Assembly: GCA_028694875.1 (NCBI GenBank) | Contig: JAQVKB010000001.1 | Coordinates: forward strand, 1 to 25,279 | Length of the DNA: 25,279 nt | DNA from: Candidatus Izemoplasmatales bacterium | Lineage (GTDB): Bacteria > Bacillota_I > Bacilli_A > Izemoplasmatales > Hujiaoplasmataceae | Reading direction: 5' to 3' | In this document: piece after piece, positions 7,285-16,839 of the stretch | Position numbering within the stretch: the stretch's first letter is position 1 | Layout of the letters: every line of letters starts with the position of its first letter | Made by a program: the position numbers and the translations under genes | The notes under the pieces: generated by a model | Told to the model about the DNA's origin: nothing | The model's database searches: none | What the model saw: only the letters and a program-made list of their open reading frames with translations

Positions 7285-8388
7285 ATGGGACTAACAGCTG
7301 GAATCGTCGGATTACCGAATGTCGGGAAATCCACCTTATTTAATGCCATCACCAAATCCAAGGCACTGGCCGCCAACTATCCGTTCGCGACGATTGACCC
7401 GAACGTCGGTGTTGTCGAGGTGCCCGATACACGCGTCGATCAATTAACCGCGATGTATCAACCCAAGAAAACCATCTATACCACGTTTGAATTTACCGAT
7501 GTGGCAGGATTGGTGAAAGGTGCCTCTCAAGGAGAAGGATTGGGCAACCAATTTTTATCTCACATTCGTTCTTGTGATGCGATTTGTCAAGTCGTTCGTT
7601 GTTTCGAAGATGACAATGTCATCCATGTAGAAGGAAGTGTGGATCCGCTACGAGATATTGAAACGATCAAGATTGAATTGATCCTTGCGGATGTTGCAGT
7701 GATTGAGAATCGCATCCCGAAAATCAAGAAAAAAGCGGAAATGAAAACGGACAAAGAAGCAGCCCAAGAATATGAGATTTTGTTGCGTCTTCAAGAAGCG
7801 CTGTTGGCGGAAACGCCGATTCGGGCTTTAGGTCTTACTCCGGAAGAACTGAAGTCGATTAAACACTTTAGTTTCTTGACGGCAAAACCGATGCTTTACG
7901 TGTGTAACGTCTCCGATGAAGAGATTTCCGATCATTCTGAAAATCCGTTTGTGAAAGCGGTCGTGGACCTCGCCAAAACGGAAGGCGCGCGCGCATGTGT
8001 GATTAGCGCGAAAATCGAACAAGAACTTTCCGAACTCGAAGAAGAGGAACGAACGATGTTCTTGGAAGAGATGGGAGTCCATCAATCTGGATTGATTGAC
8101 TTGATCAATCAAAGCTATGATATGTTGGGATTACAGACCTTCTTTACCGCTGGCGAAAAGGAAGTCCGCGCATGGACCTTCAAAAAAGGGTCAAAAGCAC
8201 CGGAGTGCGCGGGGATTATTCATTCCGACTTTGAAAAGGGATTTATTCGCGCGGAAACCATTCATTTCAATGATTTGATGTCTGCGGGTAGTGAAGCCAA
8301 AGCCAAAGAACAAGGGAAATTCCGTTTAGAAGGCAAAGAATATGTTGCTCAAGATGGAGACATCTTCCATTTCCGATTCAATCTCTAG
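7285..8388 (+). CDS. ychF: Ribosome-binding ATPase YchF (Obg family)
   Basis: GIVGLPNVGKSTLFN, ANYPFATIDPN, GEGLGNQFL, C-terminal TGS domain (AGIIHSDFEKGFIRAE...EGKEYVAQDGD). Confidence 0.98.
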   Translation: MGLTAGIVGLPNVGKSTLFNAITKSKALAANYPFATIDPNVGVVEVPDTRVDQLTAMYQPKKTIYTTFEFTDVAGLVKGASQGEGLGNQFLSHIRSCDAICQVVRCFEDDNVIHVEGSVDPLRDIETIKIELILADVAVIENRIPKIKKKAEMKTDKEAAQEYEILLRLQEALLAETPIRALGLTPEELKSIKHFSFLTAKPMLYVCNVSDEEISDHSENPFVKAVVDLAKTEGARACVISAKIEQELSELEEEERTMFLEEMGVHQSGLIDLINQSYDMLGLQTFFTAGEKEVRAWTFKKGSKAPECAGIIHSDFEKGFIRAETIHFNDLMSAGSEAKAKEQGKFRLEGKEYVAQDGDIFHFRFNL

Positions 8389-8400
8389 GAGGGTTTTCTT

Positions 8401-9117
8401 GTGAAAGAAGACAAGACATGGTTTGAAGAGCGAGTCGAACTTTATCCGGCGTCCAAAGACGCCGTTTTTGCTCTTCTGCAAGAGAAAATCAAAGCGTTCC
8501 GATTTGTCGAAAACGACGTTGATGACGCAGAAGGTGTTTGCTCAATCTGGTATCGTAGTGATGAAATCCATCATTTTCGTCATGTTCAAGAAGGGATTCG
8601 ATCCCTGTTTCAAGACATCATGATCACACATCCCAATCAAACCTTTGTGGGAGAACTGGTCCGGTTGATGATTCACAAAAAATGGAAGATTGCCTTTGCG
8701 GAATCGTTGACGGCGGGATATGCCTCTTCATTGATTGCGAATATTCCAGACGCTTCGAAAGTTCTCGAACAATCCTTCGTTGTTTATTCCGAAAAAGCCA
8801 AAGAGACGATTCTTGGTTTGGATCCAACTCTGATGAATTCAGAAGGGGTCGTCAACGAATTGGTGGCTTCCGCCATGGCGAAAGGACTTTTTGAACGTAC
8901 CAACGCCGAAGTTTGTATTTCCCTCACGGGAATTGCGGGTCCTTCGACCGATGCGTTCCAAACACCCGTAGGTACAGTGTGGATTGGAATCGCAATCGAA
9001 GGGAAAGTCACAACCAAAGAATTTCATTTTCATGGCAATCGCAATCGCATTCGTCGTCAAGCGGCCCATACTGCCATCAATGAGACACTCCAAATGTTGC
9101 TGGAGGAGAAGTTATGA
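8401..9117 (+). CDS. CinA C-terminal domain/PncC nicotinamide-nucleotide amidohydrolase with a short N-terminal extension
   Basis: GTG start after GGAGG. AESLTAG, VVYSEKAK, GVVNELVASAMAKG, SLTGIAGP, PVGTVWIG and GNRNRIR motifs. Too short to carry the MocF domain of full CinA. Confidence 0.88.
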   Translation: MKEDKTWFEERVELYPASKDAVFALLQEKIKAFRFVENDVDDAEGVCSIWYRSDEIHHFRHVQEGIRSLFQDIMITHPNQTFVGELVRLMIHKKWKIAFAESLTAGYASSLIANIPDASKVLEQSFVVYSEKAKETILGLDPTLMNSEGVVNELVASAMAKGLFERTNAEVCISLTGIAGPSTDAFQTPVGTVWIGIAIEGKVTTKEFHFHGNRNRIRRQAAHTAINETLQMLLEEKL

Positions 9118-9995
9118 TCAAACTGAAAAACTGGCCCAAATCATGGGCGCTACTTTTTTTTGCGGTGGACTATCTGTTGGCCTTTCTCGTCGGTTGGCTT
9201 GTCATGAAATTGTCTGGAGTGCAGACAATTTGGATTCAAATCTTGATTTTTGATGTCGTCGCGACGGTCTTTGTTTGGGGAACTGGGCTTGTGATTCAAA
9301 ACGCGAGTATCTATGACCCCTATTGGAGCGTATTTCCCCCCGTCGCAATTGGGCTTGCGATGATGCTTTCGAATACACAATTGGTCTGGCAAAACGGATT
9401 GTTTCTTTTCGGAGTCTGTCTTTGGAGCTTACGTTTGACGTACAATTTTGTCATTCATTATGAAGGGTTCGAATATTTGGACTGGCGGTATCAAATGCTT
9501 CATGATCAAAACCCAAAAATCTGGTTTCTGACCAATCTTTTCGGCATCAATTTGATGCCTACGACGATTGTTTTCATACAACTTATCGCCATCTCTTCGC
9601 GACTAACGAATTCCGCCCAGTTCGGTGGATTGGTACTTGGGTTTTTGATCATGTCTGCTTCGGCGACCATCCAACTCGTTTCCGATACGCAAATGAGTCG
9701 CTTTCGCGAAGCCAATCAAGCGCGAAAGGCCGTCATGAAAGACGGCTTGTGGTCGATTTCGAGACATCCGAACTACTTTGGGGAGGTCTCGTTTTGGTGG
9801 GGAGTATGGGTGTCGACAGTCGCATTTGGCGCACCGTGGTTTCCAACCATTATCGCTCCAATCTTGATGACGATGTTATTCTTGTTCATTTCGATTCCAA
9901 TGATGGAGAAGAAAATCTTATCGACAAGACCTGAATACGAGGAAGTAAGGCAAAGCGTCAGCATGTTTCTTCCTTTCTTTCCAAAGAAAAAGTAA
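9114..9995 (+). CDS. DUF1295 (steroid 5-alpha-reductase-like) membrane protein
   Basis: NASIYDPYWS, WSLRLTYN, DWRY, GLWSISRHPNYFGE, SIPMME and multiple hydrophobic helices. ATGA overlap with the upstream gene. Confidence 0.9.
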   Translation: MIKLKNWPKSWALLFFAVDYLLAFLVGWLVMKLSGVQTIWIQILIFDVVATVFVWGTGLVIQNASIYDPYWSVFPPVAIGLAMMLSNTQLVWQNGLFLFGVCLWSLRLTYNFVIHYEGFEYLDWRYQMLHDQNPKIWFLTNLFGINLMPTTIVFIQLIAISSRLTNSAQFGGLVLGFLIMSASATIQLVSDTQMSRFREANQARKAVMKDGLWSISRHPNYFGEVSFWWGVWVSTVAFGAPWFPTIIAPILMTMLFLFISIPMMEKKILSTRPEYEEVRQSVSMFLPFFPKKK

Positions 9996-10008
9996 CGAGA
10001 GGTGCACG

Positions 10009-10422
10009 ATGAAACATTATTTATTCTTGGCATTCCTTTTTGTCATGAGTTTCAGTCTGATGGGCTGCTTTAGTTTCGCCGATGCCGAAACAGGATATCT
10101 TGAACAAGGATTTACGGAAACGGAAAACATTCCTTCCGGCTATGAGGATTTGTTTTCTTCCATCGATGAAGCTAGAATCTTATACGTAGTCCATAATTTC
10201 ACCACCGGAAATGCGACGGCACTCATCATCGAATTTCAAACCAAAAACGATTTGAATGACATGCTTCAGAACAACGAAGTTTTTCAAACCGCAATCTCAA
10301 GTTGGGATCAAACGGAGATTATTCAAGACACTTATGTTTTGATTCCGATTGCAGAGACTGCCAGCGTTGAAAACTGGTTGATTCGGATTTTCTTGGGTAC
10401 CACGGACGAACTGGAAGGATAA
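10009..10422 (+). CDS. Hypothetical lipoprotein
   Basis: Signal peptide MKHYLFLAFLFVMSFS with lipobox LMGC, acidic mature region, RBS GAGGTG. Confidence 0.75.
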   Translation: MKHYLFLAFLFVMSFSLMGCFSFADAETGYLEQGFTETENIPSGYEDLFSSIDEARILYVVHNFTTGNATALIIEFQTKNDLNDMLQNNEVFQTAISSWDQTEIIQDTYVLIPIAETASVENWLIRIFLGTTDELEG

Positions 10423-10448
10423 TCGATTCTTCCATCAGAAAGGGCAAC

Positions 10449-11681
10449 ATGACAAGACTTTGGAATAAAAACTTCAGTATCTTAACCATCGGTTCGTTTG
10501 TTTCAGCGTTAGGGAGCGCTGCGGCAGGCGTTGTTTTTGGCGTCAAAATCTACGAAGAGACGCACTCCACTTTGTACTTGGGTCTCTTCATTATCGCCAA
10601 CATCATTCCTCGTTTGATTGCCAATTTTGCGGTCGGTCCGTATGTCGATCGACACTCCCGCATCAAAACGATTTTTACCTTGGATTTCTTTAGTGCCGCC
10701 TCATTTTCCTTGATTGCGGCAGTGCTTGCGACAGGCTATTTCAATATCTGGGTATTTACCGTCGTTGGGGCATTTTTCGGGATTGTCGATACGCTCTATC
10801 AAACAGCGTTTATGTCACTTTTTCCCGAAGTTGTCCCGCAAGGAAAACACTCCCAAGCCTATTCGATTTCGTCGTTGATTTGGCCTTTGTCCGGTGCCAT
10901 CATGGCCCCGATTGCGATCTGGTTTAAAGGAGCTTTACCCGAAAGTGGTTTTGCGCTCATCATGCTGTTTAATGCGGTCACTTTCCTCATCGCGGCGTTT
11001 ATGGAAACCAAGATTCATGTCGAAGAAACCTTAAATACTTCCGTCGTGGAAGCCCATCGCTTTCGTACCGATTTGAAAGAGGGAATTGCGTATTATCGAA
11101 AAGAACGAGGCATCTTGGGAATCGGACTTCTGTTTATGGCATTTTCTTTTGTCTATGCAGTTTCCGATGTGTTGAAAATGCCATTCTTCTTCGATAGTCC
11201 GACTTTCACACTCAACCAATTCGCCTTACTCATTAGTTTTTCGTCCGTGGGTCGAATTGTCGGAGGCGTATTCCATTATCTGTACGTTTTCAAGAAAGAA
11301 CACAAATTCTTGATTGCCATCAGCGTCTATTTCACGGTCGAAATCTTGGATGCCATCATGCTCTTGACGCCGTTTTGGTTTATGGCATTGTCTTCATTCC
11401 TGGTGGGTGTTCTATCGGTGACAAGTTTCAATATCCGAATGGCCGCCACACAAACCTACATTCCTTCCGCGAAACGAGGAAGAGTCAATGCCGTTCAAAC
11501 CTTGCTTTGGAACATGGGCGCGATTGCAGGAACTTTGATTTTCTCGCTCCTCGGAGAATTCACCAATATTGGCTATCAATGGCTAATTCTCGCGGCGGCG
11601 GGCGTATCAATTTCGGCGATTTTTATCTTCCCGTTGCGGATGCGAAAAGACTTCCGAGACATCTACAATGTGGATGTTTGA
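10449..11681 (+). CDS. MFS transporter (MFS_3/DHA3 efflux-like)
   Basis: 410 aa, about 12 hydrophobic segments, motif-A-like GPYVDRHSR and PSAKRGRV. Confidence 0.9.
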   Translation: MTRLWNKNFSILTIGSFVSALGSAAAGVVFGVKIYEETHSTLYLGLFIIANIIPRLIANFAVGPYVDRHSRIKTIFTLDFFSAASFSLIAAVLATGYFNIWVFTVVGAFFGIVDTLYQTAFMSLFPEVVPQGKHSQAYSISSLIWPLSGAIMAPIAIWFKGALPESGFALIMLFNAVTFLIAAFMETKIHVEETLNTSVVEAHRFRTDLKEGIAYYRKERGILGIGLLFMAFSFVYAVSDVLKMPFFFDSPTFTLNQFALLISFSSVGRIVGGVFHYLYVFKKEHKFLIAISVYFTVEILDAIMLLTPFWFMALSSFLVGVLSVTSFNIRMAATQTYIPSAKRGRVNAVQTLLWNMGAIAGTLIFSLLGEFTNIGYQWLILAAAGVSISAIFIFPLRMRKDFRDIYNVDV

Positions 11682-11708
11682 TGCTTCCTATTTTGACGCC
11701 ACTTTTTG

Positions 11709-11737
11709 TGGACAAAATTAGGCCTTTGTGATATAAT
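11709..11737 (+). promoter_or_regulatory. sigma-A promoter of rpsF-ssb-rpsR
   Basis: TGGACA-17 bp-TATAAT with extended -10 TG. Confidence 0.75.
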
Positions 11738-11758
11738 AACCAAGCGTGAGAAATCTCA

Positions 11759-11797
11759 CCACCTTGCTGCGAAAGCAGCCATCAGACCAAAAGGAGG
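11759..11797 (+). ncRNA. S6:S18 ribosomal-protein leader (autogenous control element)
   Basis: CCACCUUGCUGC-GAAA-GCAGCCAUCAGACCAAAAGGAGG has the layout of the Firmicutes rpsF leader: CCUU/AAGG stem covering the SD, apical hairpin, and a CCR in the internal loop. Confidence 0.8.
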
Positions 11798-11803
11798 ACA
11801 AAC

Positions 11804-12094
11804 ATGAGAAAGTATGAAGTAATGTACATCATTCGTCCGACCGTCGACAAAGAAGCCAGAGATGTCTTGATTGCGGAATTAAACGCGATTTTGACCACTC
11901 GTGGCACCGAAAATGTCGAGGTTGCCGAATGGGGCACTCGTGATCTCGCCTATGAAATCAATGATTACAAAAAAGGCTATTACGTTGTGCTTACCGCGAT
12001 GGCTTCATCCGAAGCGACTGCGGAACTCGACCGCGTCATGAGGATCAAAGAAGACGTCATTCGCCATCTGATCATCTCGCTGGAAGACAAATAA
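11804..12094 (+). CDS. rpsF: 30S ribosomal protein S6
   Basis: MRKYEVMYIIRP, WGTRDLAYEI, GYY, VIRHLII. Confidence 0.98.
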   Translation: MRKYEVMYIIRPTVDKEARDVLIAELNAILTTRGTENVEVAEWGTRDLAYEINDYKKGYYVVLTAMASSEATAELDRVMRIKEDVIRHLIISLEDK

Positions 12095-12113
12095 TCCGGG
12101 AGGGGATGAAACT

Positions 12114-12584
12114 GTGTTAAACAAAGTCGTATTAATCGGTCGTCTCGTCCGTGATCCGGAATTGCGATACACGACCAACTCGAACATTCCCGTTGTGACC
12201 TTCACCATCGCGGTGAATCGTCCGTATTCATCTCAAAATGAATCGGGTGAACGTTCGAACAATAACGCGGACTTCATCAGCTGCACCGCATGGCGGAATC
12301 AAGCTGAGAATGTCAGCAAATATATGACCAAAGGTTCTATGGTCGCTGTCGACGGTAGATTGCAAACCCGCGATTATGTCGACAACAACAACGTTCGTCG
12401 CTATGTGACGGAAGTTGTATGCGATCAAGTCGTGTTCTTAGAAACACGTGCACAACGTGAAAACTATGGTGGCGGAAACAATGATAACTACGCCCCGAAA
12501 GAGAACAACGATCGAAACCAAAATCGTCGCGAAGAAGATGATCGCAAGAACATCAATATCATCGAAGACGATCTCCCATTCTAA
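12114..12584 (+). CDS. ssb: Single-stranded DNA-binding protein
   Basis: GTG start. NKVVLIGRLVRDPELRYT, ADFISCTAW, VDGRLQTR, acidic tip DDLPF. Confidence 0.98.
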   Translation: MLNKVVLIGRLVRDPELRYTTNSNIPVVTFTIAVNRPYSSQNESGERSNNNADFISCTAWRNQAENVSKYMTKGSMVAVDGRLQTRDYVDNNNVRRYVTEVVCDQVVFLETRAQRENYGGGNNDNYAPKENNDRNQNRREEDDRKNINIIEDDLPF

Positions 12585-12610
12585 AAAAATCATTCTAAGG
12601 AGGAACCATC

Positions 12611-12856
12611 GTGAGCTTTAACAAACAACAAGGTCGCGGAGGCCGCCGCAAAAGTCGCAAAAGATGTTATTTTACCGATAATAAAATTACCTATATCGAT
12701 TATAAAGATTTTGAAATGCTCAAGAGATTTATCTCTGAGCGCGGAAAAATCCTTCCGAGACGGGTAACTGGCACGAAAGCCTATTATCAAAAGCATCTCG
12801 CAGCGGCGATCAAGCGTGCAAGATTCATGGCGCTTCTGCCCTACGTCAAAGACTAG
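12611..12856 (+). CDS. rpsR: 30S ribosomal protein S18
   Basis: [33 protein letters not shown]. Confidence 0.98.
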   Translation: MSFNKQQGRGGRRKSRKRCYFTDNKITYIDYKDFEMLKRFISERGKILPRRVTGTKAYYQKHLAAAIKRARFMALLPYVKD

Positions 12857-12862
12857 TCCGAG

Positions 12863-12889
12863 AAAGACTCCACGATTGGAGTCTTTTTT
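12863..12889 (+). terminator. Intrinsic terminator after rpsR
   Basis: AAAGACTCCA-CGAT-TGGAGTCTTT followed by more T. Confidence 0.85.
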
Positions 12890-12926
12890 CTTCCAATTGT
12901 GACAAGTTCCAATTCATACGCCTTTG

Positions 12927-12935
12927 TGGTATAAT
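12927..12935 (+). promoter_or_regulatory. Extended -10 promoter of gdpP-rplI-dnaB
   Basis: TGgTATAAT about 30 nt before the ATG. The possible -35 (TTCCAA, 12907-12912) is weak. Confidence 0.6.
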
Positions 12936-12964
12936 GTTCTTGATTTCAATAAAGGGGTGTTCAG

Positions 12965-15406
12965 ATGAACGTACGTTCCCGTGTCGGAGTTGTCCTCGGC
13001 GCATCCGCATTCGCTTTGCTGGGAATCATTGGATCTTGGGTACTATTCCCAATCCTTTCCCAATTCTGGCATGCGGTATACGTCGCTTTTTTCACGGCAG
13101 TTCCGGTAATCGTGTTCCTCTCGATTCTTCTATCCAAAAAGCGCAGGTTCCGAATCAGCGCGTTGGAAGAGAAAATTCGAGATATGAACGCGCTCAACAA
13201 ACGACTTAAAAATTCCGAAGATATCGCGCTCAATTATTTGCCCGTGGGCATGGTGATCTATGATGACAATTTCACAATTTCTTGGGCGAACAATGCCGCC
13301 AAAGAGTATTTCTCGAATGTATTGACGGGAAGAAAACTCTCGGTCGTGCATGATGAACTTGCCAAGCTCGTTGAAAAACGAGAAGGCAAGTCGATTGTCT
13401 CGATTTACGACAAGGAATATGAAATGGTCCACTATCCGAAAAACAAATGTGTCTATTTGTTTGAGGTGACTGAACGCGAAGATGCGCGGAAGAAATTGCG
13501 CGATTCGATGGATGTCGTTGGCATTTTGTCCCTCGACAATTTCGCGGAAGCGACCCAAAACTTCGACTTCCAAGAAAAAACCACAATCCAGGGAAAATAC
13601 CTTTCTTCCCTCGACAATTGGTGTAAGAAAAACAATATCTATTTTGTGAATCTTCGTCCTGAAAAATCAGTCTTGTTGTTTCATCGCAGCAAGCTCGATG
13701 AATTGGTCAAAGAAGAGTTTTTAATCATGGACGAAATCGCCGCGATTTCGAATCAAAACGAAATTCGCGTGTCGTTATCCATGGGCATCGCCTCCGGTGA
13801 TTTGGCGAGTGATGAACTCGGAGATCGAGCGGAAGAAGCGTTAAAACTAGCGCTTGGTAGAGGTGGCGACCAGGTCGTCGTCAACATTCAAAACCAACCA
13901 TTGCGTTTCTTTGGCGGGAAATCCAATACGGCCGAGAAACGCACAAAGATTACCGCGAGAATCAATTCGCGTGCACTCTCCGAATTGCTTCAAAAACATT
14001 CTCAAGTGTTCATTATGCCACATAAAATGACGGACATTGACGCCTTGGGCGGCGCCGTTGGTCTGTTGCAAATGGCGCTTGCGGAAGGCTGCGACGCGAA
14101 GATCGTCCTCGACTTTGATTTTATTGATCAAACGACGCAAAAAGTTGTCGATATGCTCAATCGCGAGTACATCAAGTTGATCTCTTATTTCGTTGATCCT
14201 GATGACGCGCTCGACCAAGTCACTTCCGACTCGCTCGTGATTGTGATCGATCATCACAGTCCAGTGCAATCAAATGCGCCAAAACTTTTGGATCGAACCA
14301 AATATGTGGTCGTCATCGACCACCATCGCCGCATCGACAACCTGTTGTCCGATGTGATGCTCAACTATGTTGAACCCTATGCCTCGAGTTCTGTCGAACT
14401 GGTGATTGAACTGATTGATCTCTATCACAAAGAAGTTAATCTTGATCCGTTCGAAGTGACGATGATGCTCGCCGGCATGATGATTGACACCAACAATTTC
14501 ACGTATCGTACGGGTGTTCGTACGTTCGAAGCGGCGGCTTTACTCAAACAGTATGGTGCCGACCCCTTCAAGGCCCGTTTGATTTTACGGGAATCGCTGG
14601 ACGATATTCGTACCAAATCGAATCTGGTCAACCAAGCGAAAATTATCATGAATCATTTTGCCATTACTGCTTTAGATCCTGAAATCAAAACCGAACGCGT
14701 CCAACTCGCGAAGACCGCCGATGAACTCTTGGAAATCGACAATATTATTGCCAGTTTCGCCCTCGGCAACATTGGCAACGACACGATCGCCATTTCCGCG
14801 CGCAGTGTCGATAAATTCAATGTCAGCGTGATGATGGAACAATTCGGGGGTGGCGGTCATTTGAACAACGCCGCCGCACAAGTTCAAAACCAACCCATGG
14901 ATGTCTTAATCAAGAAGATTGAAGATATCCTCGCTCAAACTTATAAGGAGGAACAACAAATGAAAGTGATTCTTGTCAAAGATGTTCGTGGCAAAGGGAA
15001 AAAAGGAGACGTTGTCGATGTTGCAGGCGGGTACGCCAACTTCTTGCTTTCCTCCAAACAAGCGATTGAAGCCACTACCGCGAACTTGAAAGCCTTAGAA
15101 GACGAAAAAGCGAAGGTAATCAAAGAAGCACAACTCGAATTCGAACTTGCAAAGAAAACCAAGGTCGAAGTCGAAAACGCACCGATCAAACTCTACGTGA
15201 AAATCGGGGAATCCGGAAAATTGTTCGGAGGAATCACCTCAAAACAAATTGCGGAAGAACTCAAAATCCAGTATAATATTGAGATAGACAAACGCAAAAT
15301 TGCACTGGATGACAACATCCATTCGCTCGGTTCCTACAAAGTTCCCGTGAAACTTCACAAAGACGTTCTCGCACACATCAATTTGCAGGTGCTCGAAGAA
15401 AAGTAA
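12965..15406 (+). CDS. gdpP-rplI: GdpP-type c-di-AMP phosphodiesterase (2 TM, PAS-like, degenerate GGDEF, DHH/DHHA1) fused in frame to ribosomal protein L9
   Basis: N-terminal TM helices, [37 protein letters not shown]. Residues 666-813 are a complete bL9 with no intervening stop. Confidence 0.93.
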   Translation: MNVRSRVGVVLGASAFALLGIIGSWVLFPILSQFWHAVYVAFFTAVPVIVFLSILLSKKRRFRISALEEKIRDMNALNKRLKNSEDIALNYLPVGMVIYDDNFTISWANNAAKEYFSNVLTGRKLSVVHDELAKLVEKREGKSIVSIYDKEYEMVHYPKNKCVYLFEVTEREDARKKLRDSMDVVGILSLDNFAEATQNFDFQEKTTIQGKYLSSLDNWCKKNNIYFVNLRPEKSVLLFHRSKLDELVKEEFLIMDEIAAISNQNEIRVSLSMGIASGDLASDELGDRAEEALKLALGRGGDQVVVNIQNQPLRFFGGKSNTAEKRTKITARINSRALSELLQKHSQVFIMPHKMTDIDALGGAVGLLQMALAEGCDAKIVLDFDFIDQTTQKVVDMLNREYIKLISYFVDPDDALDQVTSDSLVIVIDHHSPVQSNAPKLLDRTKYVVVIDHHRRIDNLLSDVMLNYVEPYASSSVELVIELIDLYHKEVNLDPFEVTMMLAGMMIDTNNFTYRTGVRTFEAAALLKQYGADPFKARLILRESLDDIRTKSNLVNQAKIIMNHFAITALDPEIKTERVQLAKTADELLEIDNIIASFALGNIGNDTIAISARSVDKFNVSVMMEQFGGGGHLNNAAAQVQNQPMDVLIKKIEDILAQTYKEEQQMKVILVKDVRGKGKKGDVVDVAGGYANFLLSSKQAIEATTANLKALEDEKAKVIKEAQLEFELAKKTKVEVENAPIKLYVKIGESGKLFGGITSKQIAEELKIQYNIEIDKRKIALDDNIHSLGSYKVPVKLHKDVLAHINLQVLEEK
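14960..15406 (+). CDS. rplI: 50S ribosomal protein L9, probable internal in-frame start within the fusion ORF
   Basis: [30 protein letters not shown]...[21 protein letters not shown] at 14945-14951 lies 8 nt before ATG 14960. Confidence 0.85.
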   Translation: MKVILVKDVRGKGKKGDVVDVAGGYANFLLSSKQAIEATTANLKALEDEKAKVIKEAQLEFELAKKTKVEVENAPIKLYVKIGESGKLFGGITSKQIAEELKIQYNIEIDKRKIALDDNIHSLGSYKVPVKLHKDVLAHINLQVLEEK

Positions 15407-15416
15407 TCTGGAGGGT

Positions 15417-16781
15417 ATGATGGAAAGAAAAGTTCCGCAAAATATCGAAGCCGAACAAGCCGTATTGGGCGCGGTCTTTTTTGAACAAGCCGTCATGAAG
15501 ACCATCCAAGACAAATTGAACGAAGATGATTTCTACTCACCCAATCATCAAATCATTTTTAAGGTGATGAAATCCTTGTTCAAGGATGGTATTTTTATCG
15601 ACTATACAACCTTAACGGATCGTTTGTCGAGCCAAAACAACCTCGTTAAAGCCGGTGGCATTGAATACATCACGGGTCTTGTGGACGCGGTTCCTTCGAT
15701 TGCGAACTTGCTCAACTACATCAATATCGTCAAAGACAAATCGATTGTGCGTAAAATCCAAGATACTTGTCGTCAAATCATTGAAGATTCTTACGAAACC
15801 GAAAATACTCCTGATTTCATCGATGACGTCGAACGCGACATCATCGCCATTACCAAAGAAAAACGGACGACCGACTTCAAAGGCGTGGGTGAAATCGCGG
15901 CGCTACAAGTCGAAAAAATCGCCGAACAAGCGCAAATTGGTGGCGATGTCACCGGTTTGGATACGAAATACCATGAACTGAACAAATTCACGTTGGGTCT
16001 ACAACCTTCCGACTTGTTGATTGTCGCGGCTCGTCCTTCGATGGGAAAAACGGCGTTTGCCTTGAACCTTGCCCTCAATGTCGCGAAGAACCCGGACAAG
16101 CCCCATATCGCGTTCTTTAGTTTGGAAATGGGCGTCGACCAATTGGTCATGAGACTCTTAGCCTGTCAAGCACAGGTTGATAACTTCCGGATGCGTCAAG
16201 GTTTGCTCAACTCGACCGAATGGGAAAAAATCCACTATGCCGTCGATACCCTCTCCGGATTGAATCTTTATTTTGATGACTCCGGTACCGTCAGTGTTTT
16301 GGACCTTCGTAGTAAATGCCGTAAACTTAAACAAGATGACAAACTTGATTTGATCGTCGTCGACTACCTGCAACTCTTGTCCGGTTCGAAACACAACCAA
16401 GCGAACCGCGTGCAAGAAGTTTCGGAAATCAGCCGTGTTCTCAAAGAAACCGCGCGTGAACTGAAAGTTCCTGTGATTGCCCTTTCGCAGCTTTCCCGCT
16501 CGATTGAGCAACGGAAAGAAAAACAACCGGTCATGGCCGACCTTCGTGAGTCCGGATCGATTGAACAAGATGCCGATATCATCATGTTCTTGTATCGTGA
16601 AGACTACTACGAAGAAAACACATTACGTAAAAATCATGTCGATATCTCGATTGCGAAAAACCGTTCGGGTACCATCGGCAAATTCGAACTGCTCTTTAAC
16701 AAAAACATGTCCACGTTCTCTAACGTCCATGCTTCTACGTCTGGCGACGCCTACGACAGAGAGTATGGCACCGACATTTAG
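15417..16781 (+). CDS. dnaB: Replicative DNA helicase (DnaB; DnaC in Bacillus nomenclature)
   Basis: PQNIEAEQAVLG, Walker A AARPSMGKT, FSLEM, VVDYLQL, LSQLSR, DLRESGSIEQDAD. Confidence 0.98.
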   Translation: MMERKVPQNIEAEQAVLGAVFFEQAVMKTIQDKLNEDDFYSPNHQIIFKVMKSLFKDGIFIDYTTLTDRLSSQNNLVKAGGIEYITGLVDAVPSIANLLNYINIVKDKSIVRKIQDTCRQIIEDSYETENTPDFIDDVERDIIAITKEKRTTDFKGVGEIAALQVEKIAEQAQIGGDVTGLDTKYHELNKFTLGLQPSDLLIVAARPSMGKTAFALNLALNVAKNPDKPHIAFFSLEMGVDQLVMRLLACQAQVDNFRMRQGLLNSTEWEKIHYAVDTLSGLNLYFDDSGTVSVLDLRSKCRKLKQDDKLDLIVVDYLQLLSGSKHNQANRVQEVSEISRVLKETARELKVPVIALSQLSRSIEQRKEKQPVMADLRESGSIEQDADIIMFLYREDYYEENTLRKNHVDISIAKNRSGTIGKFELLFNKNMSTFSNVHASTSGDAYDREYGTDI

Positions 16782-16801
16782 CGGTCGCGAGACTGCTTTT
16801 T
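16781..16801 (+). terminator. Intrinsic terminator after dnaB
   Basis: GCGGTC-GCGA-GACTGC-TTTTT: GNRA loop, one G-U pair, starts on the last base of the stop codon. Confidence 0.7.
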
Positions 16802-16839
16802 GTTTGAAATAGAGAAAGGAATCATCTAGGAGGTATGTC

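Noticed and set aside
11707-11715. DnaA-box-like TGTGGACAA at the rpsF promoter
   Set aside because: A single 8/9 match that is explained by the -35 hexamer; a similar match occurs inside hydA. There is no cluster suggesting oriC.
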